NCBI GenBank assembly: GCA_963848135.1
Contig: CAWKCK010000017.1
Location: 1 to 64,000, forward strand
Length of the DNA: 64,000 nucleotides
Source: an uncultured delta proteobacterium
GTDB taxonomy: Bacteria > Desulfobacterota > Desulfobacteria > Desulfobacterales > SG8-13
Reading direction: 5' to 3'
Below the pieces are notes generated by a model. That model was given only the letters and a program-made list of their open reading frames with translations. It was not told the DNA's origin and did not search any database. The translations under genes and the position numbers were made by a program. This document shows, in pieces, positions 25,206-35,977 of the stretch (its first letter is position 1; the number at the start of each line of letters is the position of its first letter).

Positions 25206-26663
25206 ATGAATTACGCCACTATTGCCAATGTCCTGGGAAAGTTATTGATCCTTACCGGCCTTTCCCTGGTATTTCCATTAATCTGTTCGCTCTACTACGG
25301 GGAAGACGACCTATATTCGATTGTCACCTCCGGAATCATCATCCTCGGCCTGGGTGTGCCGCTGTGGCGTTTATTTCGGCACCATGATGAATTAAACATA
25401 AAGGACGGCTTTTTTATCGCCGTTTTTGGATGGATTCTAATTTCCGCGCTTTCCGGCCTACCTTTTATGTTCCATGGTTCGATTCCCGATTTTACCGACG
25501 CTTTTTTCGAAATGATGTCCGGATACACCACCAGCGGTGCAACCATCCTGACAGATATCGAAGTGGTGCCGCACGGATTGCTGTTCTGGCGCAGCCAGAC
25601 CCACCTGCTCGGCGGAATGGGGTTTTTGACGTTGACCGTTATTTTTCTGCCCCAGGGTATGGGAGGCTTGCGCCTGTTTCGGGCCGAGTCGAGCCCCGGT
25701 CAAGTGATTACCAAGGAAAAATTCATACCCCGAAACCGGGATACCATGGTCTGGCTTTGGGGAATCTATATGGCCCTGAACCTGCTGGAAACCATTTTGT
25801 TGTGCTTGGGCGGTATGACGATCTTCGATTCGCTGTGTACTTCATTTGGGACGGTGTCGACATCCGGCTATTCGCCCTGGAATGCCAGCATCGGATATTA
25901 CCAAAGCGCCTACATTGATTGGATCGTTATCCTCTTCATGTTCTTGGGCGGCATGACATTCATGCTCTTTTACCATATGATGCAGGGCAACTGGCAGGTT
26001 ATCAAAATCAATACGGAATTCCGCTGGTATCTGGGATTCCTGCTCTTTTTTTGCGGTATCGTGTCCTGGATCTTGTGGAAGGAAAATACATATGCCACCC
26101 TGACCGACTCGATCCGCTACGGAACCTTCCAGGTCATGTCCCTTTTGACAACCACCGGATTCACCACGGCCGATTACGAGAAATGGCCCCAGGCCGCGCA
26201 GATGTTCCTCTACGCGGTCTGCTTTATCGGCGCCTGTGCCGGATCGACCACCAGCGGTATCAAGGTCGTTCACTACGTCCTGATATGGAAATTCGGGGTC
26301 GCGGCGATCAAACGTATTTTCTTTCAACCGATGGCCGTAGTAACGGTTCGCTTGAATCAACGCCCGGTCGACTCTCAGATCATCGATCTGGCTGTCTGTT
26401 ATTTTATCGTCAACATCTTCCTGGTGCTGGGCGGGGGGTGCTTTATGGTACTGGTGGACCAAATGGACTATGTCACCGCCATGAGTTCGGTAATCGCCAC
26501 CCTGATGAACATCGGACCGGGATTCGGCGCGGTAGGACCGTCCGAAAATTACGCCCACATTTCAGATGTGGGTAAATGGTTTTTATCCTGGAACATGATG
26601 GTGGGACGGCTGGAAATGTTTTCGGCACTGGTGATATTCTACCCGTCATTCTGGAAACGATAA
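25206..26663 (+). CDS. trkH: Trk potassium uptake permease TrkH (copy 1)
   Basis: SGYTTSGAT, GGMG, TTTGF, GSTTSGIK, NIGPG, GRLE. Confidence 0.92.
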   Translation: MNYATIANVLGKLLILTGLSLVFPLICSLYYGEDDLYSIVTSGIIILGLGVPLWRLFRHHDELNIKDGFFIAVFGWILISALSGLPFMFHGSIPDFTDAFFEMMSGYTTSGATILTDIEVVPHGLLFWRSQTHLLGGMGFLTLTVIFLPQGMGGLRLFRAESSPGQVITKEKFIPRNRDTMVWLWGIYMALNLLETILLCLGGMTIFDSLCTSFGTVSTSGYSPWNASIGYYQSAYIDWIVILFMFLGGMTFMLFYHMMQGNWQVIKINTEFRWYLGFLLFFCGIVSWILWKENTYATLTDSIRYGTFQVMSLLTTTGFTTADYEKWPQAAQMFLYAVCFIGACAGSTTSGIKVVHYVLIWKFGVAAIKRIFFQPMAVVTVRLNQRPVDSQIIDLAVCYFIVNIFLVLGGGCFMVLVDQMDYVTAMSSVIATLMNIGPGFGAVGPSENYAHISDVGKWFLSWNMMVGRLEMFSALVIFYPSFWKR

Positions 26664-26666
26664 ATA

Positions 26667-26808
26667 GTGTCCATCCATAAATGGCCTTTTTTCCGCTGGG
26701 CGGCGTTCTCCGCAGGTTTCCAGCTACGGCGTACGTTAAGTACGCCTCGCCGCAAACCCTTGTGCGGCCTTGCCCAACGAAAAAAATTCTCATTTATGAA
26801 TTGGACAC
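26667..26808 (+). mobile_element. 142 bp MITE-like element (copy 1)
   Basis: TIRs GTGTCCATCCATAAAT / ATTTATGAATTGGACAC; homologous to 48709-48851 and 54279-54420. Confidence 0.8.
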
Positions 26809-26816
26809 ATTATTTT

Positions 26817-28223
26817 TCAGGCCAGAAATAATTTCTGGACGTCTCTCAAATGCTGTGACAGGCATATAACAATCGCCCGCTCATCACTTTGAATGTGGGT
26901 GTCCCCGACCGCCACCTGCCATGCGTCGTCGCGATGGATGGCCCCGATCATAATCTTTCCATAAAAACTGGAATCCATTTTGGAAAGCGGTTTACGGGTA
27001 ATCGGCGAGTTTGGGGCGGCAACGATTTCAACCACCTCGGCTTCGAGACCATGCAGGTGCGCAACTGAAAGTAGCTCTCCCCTGCGAATGAATTTTAAAA
27101 TTTCGTTGCCGGCCAGTATTTTTTTATTCAGGGCGATATCCGAGCCCATGGTCGAAGCCAGCACCAGATAATCCTCTTTGTTGACCAGTGCAATACATTT
27201 TCCCTGCTTACCGTTTGATCCGCCGCTGTGCTTATTCATCAGGTGTTTAGCCATCACGCAGCTCATGATGTTGGTTTCGTTTTCTCCGGTAGCAGTAATA
27301 AAGGTGTCCATGTCCATCAGTCCGGCTGAAACCAGCGTATTTGAATCCGATCCGTCACCAAGCAACACTTCGGTATTCGTCAAATCAGATGAAAGCTCCT
27401 GGGCAGAGCGTTCGTCTTTTTCGATCAGTCGGACCTCAACCGTTTTACCCAATAGCTCGGACAGACGGCGTCCAACCAAGCCGCCACCGAGAATCATTAC
27501 CCGATGACGTTTCTGCTGCTCGACACCCGTGAAGCCCATCAAGTTGGGGAGGTTTTCAGTGCTGGCCATGAAAAAGACTTGATCCTGCGGCAATAGCTCG
27601 TGGCCTCCGCCGGGGATCAGGGTCGTAATCCCCCGCGCAATCGCAACCACCCGGAACGGAAACTCACGATGCTCTTTTGCGATATCTATCAGTGTCTTGT
27701 AGGCCAAGGGCGATTTCTCAGGAATGCGTGTGGCCATGACTTGAATTTGCCCATCGGCGACATCAATGATGTCGTTACCGGCCCTGAGTTTAACCAGCCT
27801 AAAAATTTCCTGGGCAGCCAACTCTTCAGGGTGAATTATCAGATCAATTTTGAGGTCTTCGGCATTCAGGATGGAATCTTGCCCCCCGAAATCCATGGAG
27901 CGTACCCGGGCGATTTTGCGCGGGATACCGAAGCGGTCGGCGATCATGCAGGCCATCATATTGACGGCATCATTGTCGGTGACCGCAATGAGATAATCCA
28001 TTTTCCCGGCATCGGCCTCCCGCCAGCAATCGATGTTCATGGCGTTGCCCTGAATCAGGCGGGCATCCAGGGTCCCATCGGCCTGGCGGATCATTCCGTT
28101 CTCCGATTCAAAAGCGGTGATGGCGTATCCTTCGTGTACCAGGCGCTTGGCCAGGTAAAAGCCGACGCCCCCCAGTCCTAGAACCAGGATGTTCGTCGAT
28201 TTCGCTGGTTTATTTCCATTCAT
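26817..28223 (-). CDS. trkA: Trk potassium uptake NAD-binding subunit TrkA (copy 1)
   Basis: Two RCK repeats with GLGGVG and GGGLVG. Confidence 0.92.
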   Translation of the reverse strand: MNGNKPAKSTNILVLGLGGVGFYLAKRLVHEGYAITAFESENGMIRQADGTLDARLIQGNAMNIDCWREADAGKMDYLIAVTDNDAVNMMACMIADRFGIPRKIARVRSMDFGGQDSILNAEDLKIDLIIHPEELAAQEIFRLVKLRAGNDIIDVADGQIQVMATRIPEKSPLAYKTLIDIAKEHREFPFRVVAIARGITTLIPGGGHELLPQDQVFFMASTENLPNLMGFTGVEQQKRHRVMILGGGLVGRRLSELLGKTVEVRLIEKDERSAQELSSDLTNTEVLLGDGSDSNTLVSAGLMDMDTFITATGENETNIMSCVMAKHLMNKHSGGSNGKQGKCIALVNKEDYLVLASTMGSDIALNKKILAGNEILKFIRRGELLSVAHLHGLEAEVVEIVAAPNSPITRKPLSKMDSSFYGKIMIGAIHRDDAWQVAVGDTHIQSDERAIVICLSQHLRDVQKLFLA

Positions 28224-28862
28224 AAATCAAATGGCCTCTTTCTGGCATTCAGTTAAGATTCTTTTCGTGACGGCAATCAAATACCCATTGGGACCCTTTT
28301 TGTCAACTGCAGCGGATGGAAGAGCCGGCTTCCGTTGAGAATTACAGATGGGTGCCTTGAGGGGTCCTCTCATGCAGCAGGCCATGGACAAAGCGCCATT
28401 GCGTATACTCCCGGATATTACTAAAATGAAAAAGAGTCTAGTGCATTTAACGTTTTACCTAACCTGATCAAAATGCAAAAAGAAAATTTATTTATAATGG
28501 TTTGCCATTAAATGATTTATATTCAATTTCCGAAACGTCAAAGTGCCGAATTAGGCGATTTACCCCCTACCAGGGAATTATCCCCATTAAAATGAGTATA
28601 TTGCTCTATTGAATTTGACCTATGAAGCCTATAGACGTGAAAATGTATAGTTCCTTAGCATCTCTCGCTACTAAAATATTCGCTTGACCCAATTCGCTTC
28701 CAAAGACCCCACTTAAGCACTACTCACATCTTCTTACTGAGCAATAGCCCCATGGCGCTGTCGACTTAGCCTCTGTTCTAAACAGATCCGTAATCCGCGT
28801 AGTGCCTTCATGAGATTGAGATTTTGGACCTTAACAACCATTCAACCGAAAGGAGGAACGAC

Positions 28863-29273
28863 ATGAAAAAACTATTATTGCTGACCTTATGCAGTTCTCT
28901 ATTAATTTTCGCAACCAATTCATTCTCTGAGTCCGATGAGATTTGCCGCACTTGGATAAATATGGATTACTCATCGGGCAACCCGCCCCAAAAACTTATT
29001 TTTAACTATGATGGCACATTTGCTGGTTACAATACCAAAACCTCAAATGACGCACTCAAAACGGGGATGTATACAATAACTAAAAAGTGGAATGATTCAG
29101 AAGGGAATATTTGGTACCAAATAGAAATGCAAGACCCAAAGTCTGAAACAAAGTACAAGCTGGCTAAAATTAGTGCTGATGGCAAAGTGCTCGAATTTAT
29201 CTGCAAGTCAGATAAGTATCCTGCTGATATATCGCCAAATGATAAAGCGTACTGTAGATATAGCCGGTATTAG
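28863..29273 (+). CDS. Hypothetical exported protein
   Basis: RBS AGGAGG, signal peptide MKKLLLLTLCSSLLIFA. Confidence 0.75.
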   Translation: MKKLLLLTLCSSLLIFATNSFSESDEICRTWINMDYSSGNPPQKLIFNYDGTFAGYNTKTSNDALKTGMYTITKKWNDSEGNIWYQIEMQDPKSETKYKLAKISADGKVLEFICKSDKYPADISPNDKAYCRYSRY

Positions 29274-29310
29274 AAAAGTAAAGTAAAATACGCGAAGATG
29301 TTCTTCATTC

Positions 29311-29595
29311 ATGTGGGTCGTAGCCAACGAGAATTGGGCAGCTGTGAAAATGCTGCTTAAAAATGAAATCACCGTAAATACGAAGGAATATTCAGGGTGG
29401 AATACTCTAATGAAATCTGTTTTTGCAGAGAACACCGAAATCGTAAAAACCATAATTGAAAATGGAGCAAACTTACATTCTAAGAACATTGGAGGGCTAA
29501 TGGCTTTAAGTATTGCTGAAGAACTCCATTTGCGACAGGAAATTTCGAGATTTCAATACCTCACCTTAAAGAGTGGCCATATTGTGGCGGCCTGA
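29311..29595 (+). pseudogene. Ankyrin-repeat fragment
   Basis: AVKMLLKN..VN....GWNTLM....TEIVKTIIENGANL ankyrin-like; no plausible start or RBS. Confidence 0.55.
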
Positions 29596-29633
29596 GATCG
29601 ATTCCTCACCTCGCTTCAGGAAAGGAGGACGCA

Positions 29634-29945
29634 ATGATTGTTAAAGTCCTGATCAAGAGAAAGATAAAGGAAGGCAAGACTCGGGAAGTATTTACATTGC
29701 TGAACAAATTCCGCTCGGATGCCATGAGTCAGAAGGGGTACATCTCCGGAGAATCGTTGATCAACCACGATAATCCGCAGGAAATATTAGTGATTGCTAT
29801 GTGGCAGGGAATTGAAAATTGGTTGAAATGGAAAGATAGCCCAAACCGGAAAGCCAATGAAGCCAATTTGAACCAGTGGTTGGAGGAGCCCACTATCTAC
29901 GATACCTATGTGCTGGGCACTTACTTCGCACAGTTCGAAAAATGA
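29634..29945 (+). CDS. Antibiotic biosynthesis monooxygenase (ABM)-family protein
   Basis: QKGYISGESL...VIAMWQ...W; RBS AGGAGG. Confidence 0.85.
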   Translation: MIVKVLIKRKIKEGKTREVFTLLNKFRSDAMSQKGYISGESLINHDNPQEILVIAMWQGIENWLKWKDSPNRKANEANLNQWLEEPTIYDTYVLGTYFAQFEK

Positions 29946-30120
29946 ACTTGGAGAGAAGACAGATATGCTGCGAGGTTATAATAATCATCGGTAAACCCCA
30001 AGCTTTGCTGGGGAGACTCCCAAAGTTTGACAGTTCCGGGAGTTCGCAGCGACCGGAAACGATGATTATTATAAAAGATACTAAGAAAACACCGAAAATA
30101 TTCAATTCACGCGCTTGGAC

Positions 30121-30178
30121 TTGCCATTATGTGGAAATCCAGCTTCTGGGTCTTTTATAAGGATATGATCTGGCTATC
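30121..30178 (+). repeat. Array site A (58-bp core)
   Basis: TTGCCATTA...GATATGATCTGGCTATC; ATAGCA at 30213-30218. Confidence 0.85.
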
Positions 30179-30336
30179 ATAGGCTTTTCAAAAATATCGA
30201 AACTTTCCTTAGATAGCAGCTAACGCGAGTCAGTCTGGCCTTATGCTTTGCTTTAGGTATCTGCAATTCAGTCGCGGGCCTGAGCAGCCGGGGGTGGCCC
30301 AACTGCTCAGGGTCCTTATTAGGGGCTAATCGGGCA

Positions 30337-31806
30337 TTAGGGTAATGTATTCTTGTAAATCTTCCCGTCCTTCATGATCACGACAAAGTTCTTGTCCGGA
30401 TCACCCACCAGGTCGAGGTTTTCCATTGGGTTTCCATCTACGATGATCAAGTCGGCATAGGCGCCTTCCTTTACCACACCAAGTCGGCCTTCCTGATAGG
30501 GGTGGCGGGGACCACTCATTTCCAATAACCGAGCATTTTCAGAGGTGGCTATTTTCAGCACTTCGTAGGGTGAAAACCATTTTCCTAATCGTACCAGGTA
30601 GTCGCTTTGTTGATGTGCCTTTGATGCATCAAGGAGTTGGTCGGTTCCAAAGGCAAGATTTACGCCCACTTTTTTGGCCAATGGGTACAATCTGTTCACC
30701 GCATCAACAACTTCTTTATACTTCGCTGCACTTATCGGATCGGCCCACTCCATGTCTTCTATTGCCATGGGCTGTGGACTAAGCCAGACTCCCTTTTCCT
30801 TCATCAGCTCCAAGGTTTCCTTTGATGCGAAAAACCCATGTTCAATGCACATGACCCCCGCTTCAACAGTCTTGCGGACCCCTTTGTCGTTCATCACGTG
30901 TGAGTGTACATAGGTGTTGTAGTTAGCGGCTTCCTCGACAATGGCTTTGATTTCATCCATCGAATATTCAAACACATCCAATGGGTCATATAAAGAAGAT
31001 ACCCCGCCGCCGGTGCAGATCTTGATCTGTGTTGCGCCGTATTTAAGAATGTCCCTGGTCCTCAGTCGAACTTCATCTACTCCGTCGGACGTCATGGACA
31101 TCATATTGCGTTCCCAATAGTTGGTAGTTGATTTGTCTCTTGGGGTCTCCAGCAGTCCGTAGTGGTCAGCATGTCCAGCGGTTGGACTCATAAAAGGACC
31201 GGAGGGAAGAATTCGGTGACCAGGATATTCCCCGGAATCGATCAATTTCTTGATGGCAAAGGGGTTGCCACCCGGGTCTCGTACCGTGGTGAATCCCCGT
31301 AAAAGCGTTTCTTTCGCTGCTGTCATACTGCGAATGGCCACTTCCGGCATATCGCCTTTATTCAGTAAAAGAATTGCGGCAGGCGTGGAGGCATAGGTCG
31401 TATGCCAGTGCGCATCGATGAGTCCGGGCATTAACGTACTGCCTTTTCCATCAATAACGTTGACCTTGACGTCTTTCTTGATCATTTTTTCAGGTTCGTA
31501 CACCGTTATGACCTGGTCTCCCCACCCTGGAAGATCATTGGGGAGGCCACCGGTCACTTCTTTATAACCACCAGTTTTCACGTCAATTTCATAAGTGCCT
31601 GCTAATTTGATGTCTTTATCGATCTTTTTAATCAGGTTTTTAACCACGAGCACATCGTAGCCCATCAAGAGCTCCTCACTCTGGCCATCAAAAATGTTGA
31701 CATTCTTTATCAGTGTTACCTCCGATGGGATGTCGACCGCCGCAGCCGGCAGGGCCAACATCACTACCATTGCCAGAATGCTCAAAACAGCAATTACGGC
31801 TTTCAT
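30337..31806 (-). CDS. Exported amidohydrolase (Xaa-Pro dipeptidase-like)
   Basis: Signal peptide; MPGLIDAHWH, GFTTVRD, IEHG, FGTD, GAYADLIIVDGNP. Confidence 0.88.
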   Translation of the reverse strand: MKAVIAVLSILAMVVMLALPAAAVDIPSEVTLIKNVNIFDGQSEELLMGYDVLVVKNLIKKIDKDIKLAGTYEIDVKTGGYKEVTGGLPNDLPGWGDQVITVYEPEKMIKKDVKVNVIDGKGSTLMPGLIDAHWHTTYASTPAAILLLNKGDMPEVAIRSMTAAKETLLRGFTTVRDPGGNPFAIKKLIDSGEYPGHRILPSGPFMSPTAGHADHYGLLETPRDKSTTNYWERNMMSMTSDGVDEVRLRTRDILKYGATQIKICTGGGVSSLYDPLDVFEYSMDEIKAIVEEAANYNTYVHSHVMNDKGVRKTVEAGVMCIEHGFFASKETLELMKEKGVWLSPQPMAIEDMEWADPISAAKYKEVVDAVNRLYPLAKKVGVNLAFGTDQLLDASKAHQQSDYLVRLGKWFSPYEVLKIATSENARLLEMSGPRHPYQEGRLGVVKEGAYADLIIVDGNPMENLDLVGDPDKNFVVIMKDGKIYKNTLP

Positions 31807-31937
31807 TGTTTTGAACTCCTTTGTTCGTTATAAATGGATGTTTTGGTTGTGATATTGAGCGTATATGTAAGATACGAAAGATTAAGATATATATAGATTA
31901 TGTTGAATATGTGAGACCGATCAATACTCGAACTTGC

Positions 31938-31995
31938 TTGCCAAAAGCTTAACCAGCAGAAATTACATTCAATATTCAGTTACGATCTGGCTATA
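31938..31995 (+). repeat. Array site B
   Basis: TTGCCA...GTTACGATCTGGCTATA, 58 bp. Confidence 0.85.
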
Positions 31996-32266
31996 ACATC
32001 TTTATTTTGCCGATAGCTGATACATTGGCCATTCTGTTCATTTTAGTTCGTTTCCCAATTCGAACGTGTTATTAGCCACTTATCATTTTCTTTAATCATG
32101 GAAATATAGTGCCGCAACCTCCATCCCCATTTCATAAAAGTCATAATTACCTCGGCAGATTCTTGGTTGATTACGATTTGTGGATTAAAAAATCGCCCCG
32201 TCAAATGATACTTTATGACGCTAATATGTATCAGAGGATGTTTATGATAAAGTGAGAAAATGCTTT

Positions 32267-32677
32267 TCATTTGGAGAATTTTTTAATCGCTTTGCCCTGA
32301 CCTATAACGAGTTTCTTGTCTGCGGATAAAGCCTTGACTGTTATTTCGTATGTGTGTTCAGTGCCAGGTGGCGGACAAGGTCCACTATAAGCTTTTAGAG
32401 TGCCTTCGGTTATAGTTGATATACCATTGTAGGTGACTTCACCTCCACCATGATCATAAGTCGGCATATCAAGGTCTATCATTGTCACTTTAAGATATTT
32501 TGTCTCTTCTGGTATGTCAGTAACTTTTATAGGTGGAGATATGCTAGAGCATCCTGACTTTTCTGTCCAGCCAAAATCAACAGCAAGTGTAGATGCTTGA
32601 TCTGAAACCGGCGTAGAGTTGCAACCAGCAAAAGCTAAGATGGCAAAAGCAATAAAGTATATCCTTCTTAGTAACAT
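32267..32677 (-). CDS. YbhB/YbcL (PEBP)-like lipoprotein
   Basis: Lipobox FAGC; ISPP, MIDLD, YSGPCPPPG..HTY. Confidence 0.8.
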   Translation of the reverse strand: MLLRRIYFIAFAILAFAGCNSTPVSDQASTLAVDFGWTEKSGCSSISPPIKVTDIPEETKYLKVTMIDLDMPTYDHGGGEVTYNGISTITEGTLKAYSGPCPPPGTEHTYEITVKALSADKKLVIGQGKAIKKFSK

Positions 32678-32825
32678 TGGACTCTCCTTTTGCTAATTTC
32701 GGCAACGGTTTTTTTCATATGCTTTTAAAAAGTTATCATCAAATAGTTTCTGTTAAATTTTCGACTCGTTAAACACCTTGTATAGCTGTTGCAAGATCCT
32801 GCAATTTGACCACAGTGCATGTACC

Positions 32826-32883
32826 TTGCCAGTAGACCAACTATATGAATTTACATCTTTTATACAAATAAAGTTTGGTAATC
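32826..32883 (+). repeat. Array site C
   Basis: TTGCCAG..CAACTAT...AAATAAAGTTTGGTAATC, 58 bp; TTGATAG at +18. Confidence 0.7.
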
Positions 32884-33237
32884 CTCACACAATTGGCTAA
32901 TTGATAGGTTTGATGGCTCATCGGCGAGCACATGTTCAATCAACATTGAGCTTTTTGGGAGAAGTCTTGCTATTTGGGGTCACTAAAAAAGATATAAAGC
33001 CAAGTATTTACCTATGGCTTTGCCAAAATTCATGATTATTTTGGAACAGATACCGTCAAACTTCAACACACTATGAGACGCCACCGGATGGTCTAAAAGC
33101 CTCCAACGGTCATTGTAAAAATAGGAAGTGTTTGACGGTATCAAAAAAGATCACAAATGTGTGTTCATATTTTCCGCCGTTACTATCGAATAAAATATAT
33201 TATTACGATAGGTTTGGGGGGTTATAGCAAGATACAT

Positions 33238-33280
33238 TTGCCGCAAATCACACCATATGAAACGATACGTTCTGGCTATC
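33238..33280 (+). repeat. Array site D (15 bp shorter core)
   Basis: TTGCCG...GATACGTTCTGGCTATC, then TCAAG...GATGATAG...ATAGCA (33315-33320). Confidence 0.8.
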
Positions 33281-33500
33281 TCAAGCGAATCGACTAGATG
33301 ATAGTTCAAAAATTATAGCAGCAGGTTTTTGTTCAGCTTATATGATGATACGTATACAATATCGCCGCTTTTGGGGGGCCTGATTTTTTACAGATACTAT
33401 AGGCGATATCACAGATTCGGCCAGAATTTGCATACGTTGGAGGTCTCGGCAAATTGGCATTGAATAATTATGCCAGAAGTCATGCGTTGGGATTACAGAA

Positions 33501-35051
33501 TTAATCCCTCACCGCTTTAAGCCTAAGCCTGTCGCCATAGGATCCAATAGTGCTGATTTCTGCATTTTCCCCCATGAATTTGATTTCACTACTAGTGCCT
33601 TCAGTATGCCCTACATTAATATAGGAAAACATAAAAGTATCATCGTATAACCAATCTCCTTTAAATGCGACTGTTTCCTCAGGCAATTCAGTTGTCCGAT
33701 ATACACCGTCTAAGCCAACCTCTACAGAATATGCCTTACCTTTTAAACTATATTCCATAATTGCTACACTATCCTTTAAAACAAAATCGAAGCTGATATT
33801 CTCAAAACCTGTCTCATTAGGTTCAATATTATATTTTACTCCGGAGATAATTTGAGAAATTGGAGGAAGGTCTGGAACGGAAAACGCTTGGGGTGATTTT
33901 GAATATTTTTCAACCAATTCATTTAACTGCGTATTTGCCGTTGTATTTTCTGGTAATGGCGAATCAGATTCAATTGCCCTGATGATATAATGAACAATTA
34001 AGGTGTCTGGTTTTCTAAAGGCTTTGAAGCTGGTAAACACGACCACCATATTATGTTTAGGAATAACGAAAATGCGTTGCCCGCCATATCCAGCAGCAGC
34101 ATAATAACCTGCCTCATCAACCCACCATTGATATCCATACTGGTCAAAAAGCGTGGCTGCAAGATAGCCTCTTGTTGATTCGGTAACCCATTCTTCTGAT
34201 ACTATGGTATTGCCTTGCCACTTCCCTTTATTTAAGAAAAGCAAGCCAAATCTGGCCATATCGTGTGGTTTCAACAACATTCTACCGTAACCCACGTCAA
34301 TACCCTGTGGGTTGGGTTCCCATTTTACATTGGTAATACCTATAGGTGTAAAAAGATTTTTCATTGCGAATTTATAGCTTCGCATTCCTGTGGTTTTCTG
34401 GATGATAGCGGACAAGAGGTAGGTAGCACCATTACAGTACTCAAAGTTTTGGCCGGGCGGTTCATTCATCGAAAGGTCAAGCATGTATTGCGTCCAATCA
34501 CTGCTTTGCCACATCTTTCTTAAACCTTGCCATCTATCCTTATAGGTGTCTCTACATTCCAATCCAGTTGCCATAGTAAGAATATTTTCAAGGGAAATGT
34601 TCTCTTTATCCTTTGTCAAGTTAGCAGGTGTAGTTTCAGGGAAAAACCCAAGAAGTCTTTGGTGAACACCTTTGATAAGACCTTTATCTATAGCTATACC
34701 GATAAGTGTTGAAGTAATACTTTTAGTACATGAATGGATAATATGGGCTTTATCTTTTTTGAATGGATAAAAGTAAGCATCTAAAACTATATAGCCGTTC
34801 CTTATTATGGTTACAGAATCAATAGTGTTTGGATATAATGCTAATCTTGAGAGCATATCTACCAATACCTCAGAGTTAATCCCCTGGGATTCTGGTGAAG
34901 ATGTGCGCCATGCCGCAGTTGGCCAATAGTCTTGCGACTCACTCGATGCAATTCCAAACGCTAAGCATATAAAGAACGGAACTCCACAAACAATAATCGT
35001 GTTCAAGATAAACCTGATTTTTCTATTAAAGTTATTTTTACTTCCAGACAT
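33501..35051 (-). CDS. Serine hydrolase (class C beta-lactamase / NylB-like family)
   Basis: HSCTKS (SxxK), FEYCN, DMARFG, YGYQWW, GYGGQ. Confidence 0.88.
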   Translation of the reverse strand: MSGSKNNFNRKIRFILNTIIVCGVPFFICLAFGIASSESQDYWPTAAWRTSSPESQGINSEVLVDMLSRLALYPNTIDSVTIIRNGYIVLDAYFYPFKKDKAHIIHSCTKSITSTLIGIAIDKGLIKGVHQRLLGFFPETTPANLTKDKENISLENILTMATGLECRDTYKDRWQGLRKMWQSSDWTQYMLDLSMNEPPGQNFEYCNGATYLLSAIIQKTTGMRSYKFAMKNLFTPIGITNVKWEPNPQGIDVGYGRMLLKPHDMARFGLLFLNKGKWQGNTIVSEEWVTESTRGYLAATLFDQYGYQWWVDEAGYYAAAGYGGQRIFVIPKHNMVVVFTSFKAFRKPDTLIVHYIIRAIESDSPLPENTTANTQLNELVEKYSKSPQAFSVPDLPPISQIISGVKYNIEPNETGFENISFDFVLKDSVAIMEYSLKGKAYSVEVGLDGVYRTTELPEETVAFKGDWLYDDTFMFSYINVGHTEGTSSEIKFMGENAEISTIGSYGDRLRLKAVRD

Positions 35052-35166
35052 TTTACCACCTTCAATTGAAAACTTGCGATATCTTAGAATATTAACAAAT
35101 TGCCCCAAAGTTGAGGTATGTAGATGTAATCTGTACTTTTCTGATGGGCTCAAGACTTTGGTCACC

Positions 35167-35224
35167 TTGCCATTAAATTGAATTTCCGATTCTGAGGATT
35201 TTTGTGAGATAAGGTTTGGCTATC
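35167..35224 (+). repeat. Array site E
   Basis: TTGCCATTA...GATAAGGTTTGGCTATC, 58 bp. Confidence 0.8.
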
Positions 35225-35274
35225 ACAGGTATCAGAATGCCTCAATTTCGTTATTATACTGGAGAGTCATCTGT

Positions 35275-35811
35275 CTACGCTTGTGAGGTACCGAATCCCC
35301 CTGACAACCAAAAAAACAAAGCGAAAAGGGCGGTCTGGACGATCCAGCCGATGAAACATACACCTACAGCTCGCCCGGTGCTTTTATAATCAAGCGCCTG
35401 CCTTACAGCAATGACCATAGCCACAAGCATCCAGATACCGACTATGAAATTGAGAATGGCCCCCAACATAGGGATTATTGCTAAAATTCGCAGAACTCCA
35501 GGAGAACTCGAGAACCCAATGGTGCGCAACAACTCCCCATAATCTGCTTTTGTTTGTGGCTCAGGTAATAGTCTGGTTCCGATATAATATGTCAGATACG
35601 CCCAGACAAACCATCCCACAAGAGCAACAAAAGTCCCGAAAATAAGGCCCTTTAACCCTGTAACGCTGATAGTTCCGATCCCCGCAGCAACGCTGGAGAG
35701 GATGACCACCCCCATGGCTTGTCCCATTGCTCCCTTGTCGGCCTCTACCTCTTCATAAAGGGTTACATCGAGCTTTGCTGCCCGTATCATACGATTTGTA
35801 ATTGATGCCAT
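35275..35811 (-). CDS. YIP1-family membrane protein
   Basis: YEEVEAD, LLRTIGFSSSPG, AVRQALDY; about 5 TMs. Confidence 0.8.
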   Translation of the reverse strand: MASITNRMIRAAKLDVTLYEEVEADKGAMGQAMGVVILSSVAAGIGTISVTGLKGLIFGTFVALVGWFVWAYLTYYIGTRLLPEPQTKADYGELLRTIGFSSSPGVLRILAIIPMLGAILNFIVGIWMLVAMVIAVRQALDYKSTGRAVGVCFIGWIVQTALFALFFWLSGGFGTSQA

Positions 35812-35977
35812 GACAACCTCACTTTACCATGCAGATTAGAATCTCAAGATTTAATTTGAAGTCATGTTTTTAATTAAAATGCCTTAAGGATCTATAGTTT
35901 TTTATGGTTAAATTGGCAATTGAAACAATACCAATGATGATAATACTAAGTGCGGTTGGGTCAATATTTGTGAGACC

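Noticed and set aside
28345..28375. Possible att duplicate of the tRNA-Glu 3' end (GGTGCCTTGAGGGG)
   Set aside because: Too few matches to TGGCGTCCCCAAGGGG
30160..30250. c-di-GMP-I riboswitch suggested by GCAAAGC...GATAGCC on the minus strand
   Set aside because: P1/P2 architecture and GAAA tetraloop are not found; the GATAGCC belongs to array site A
32043..32270. 75-aa ORF downstream of the YbhB-like gene
   Set aside because: No recognisable family; may be a remnant
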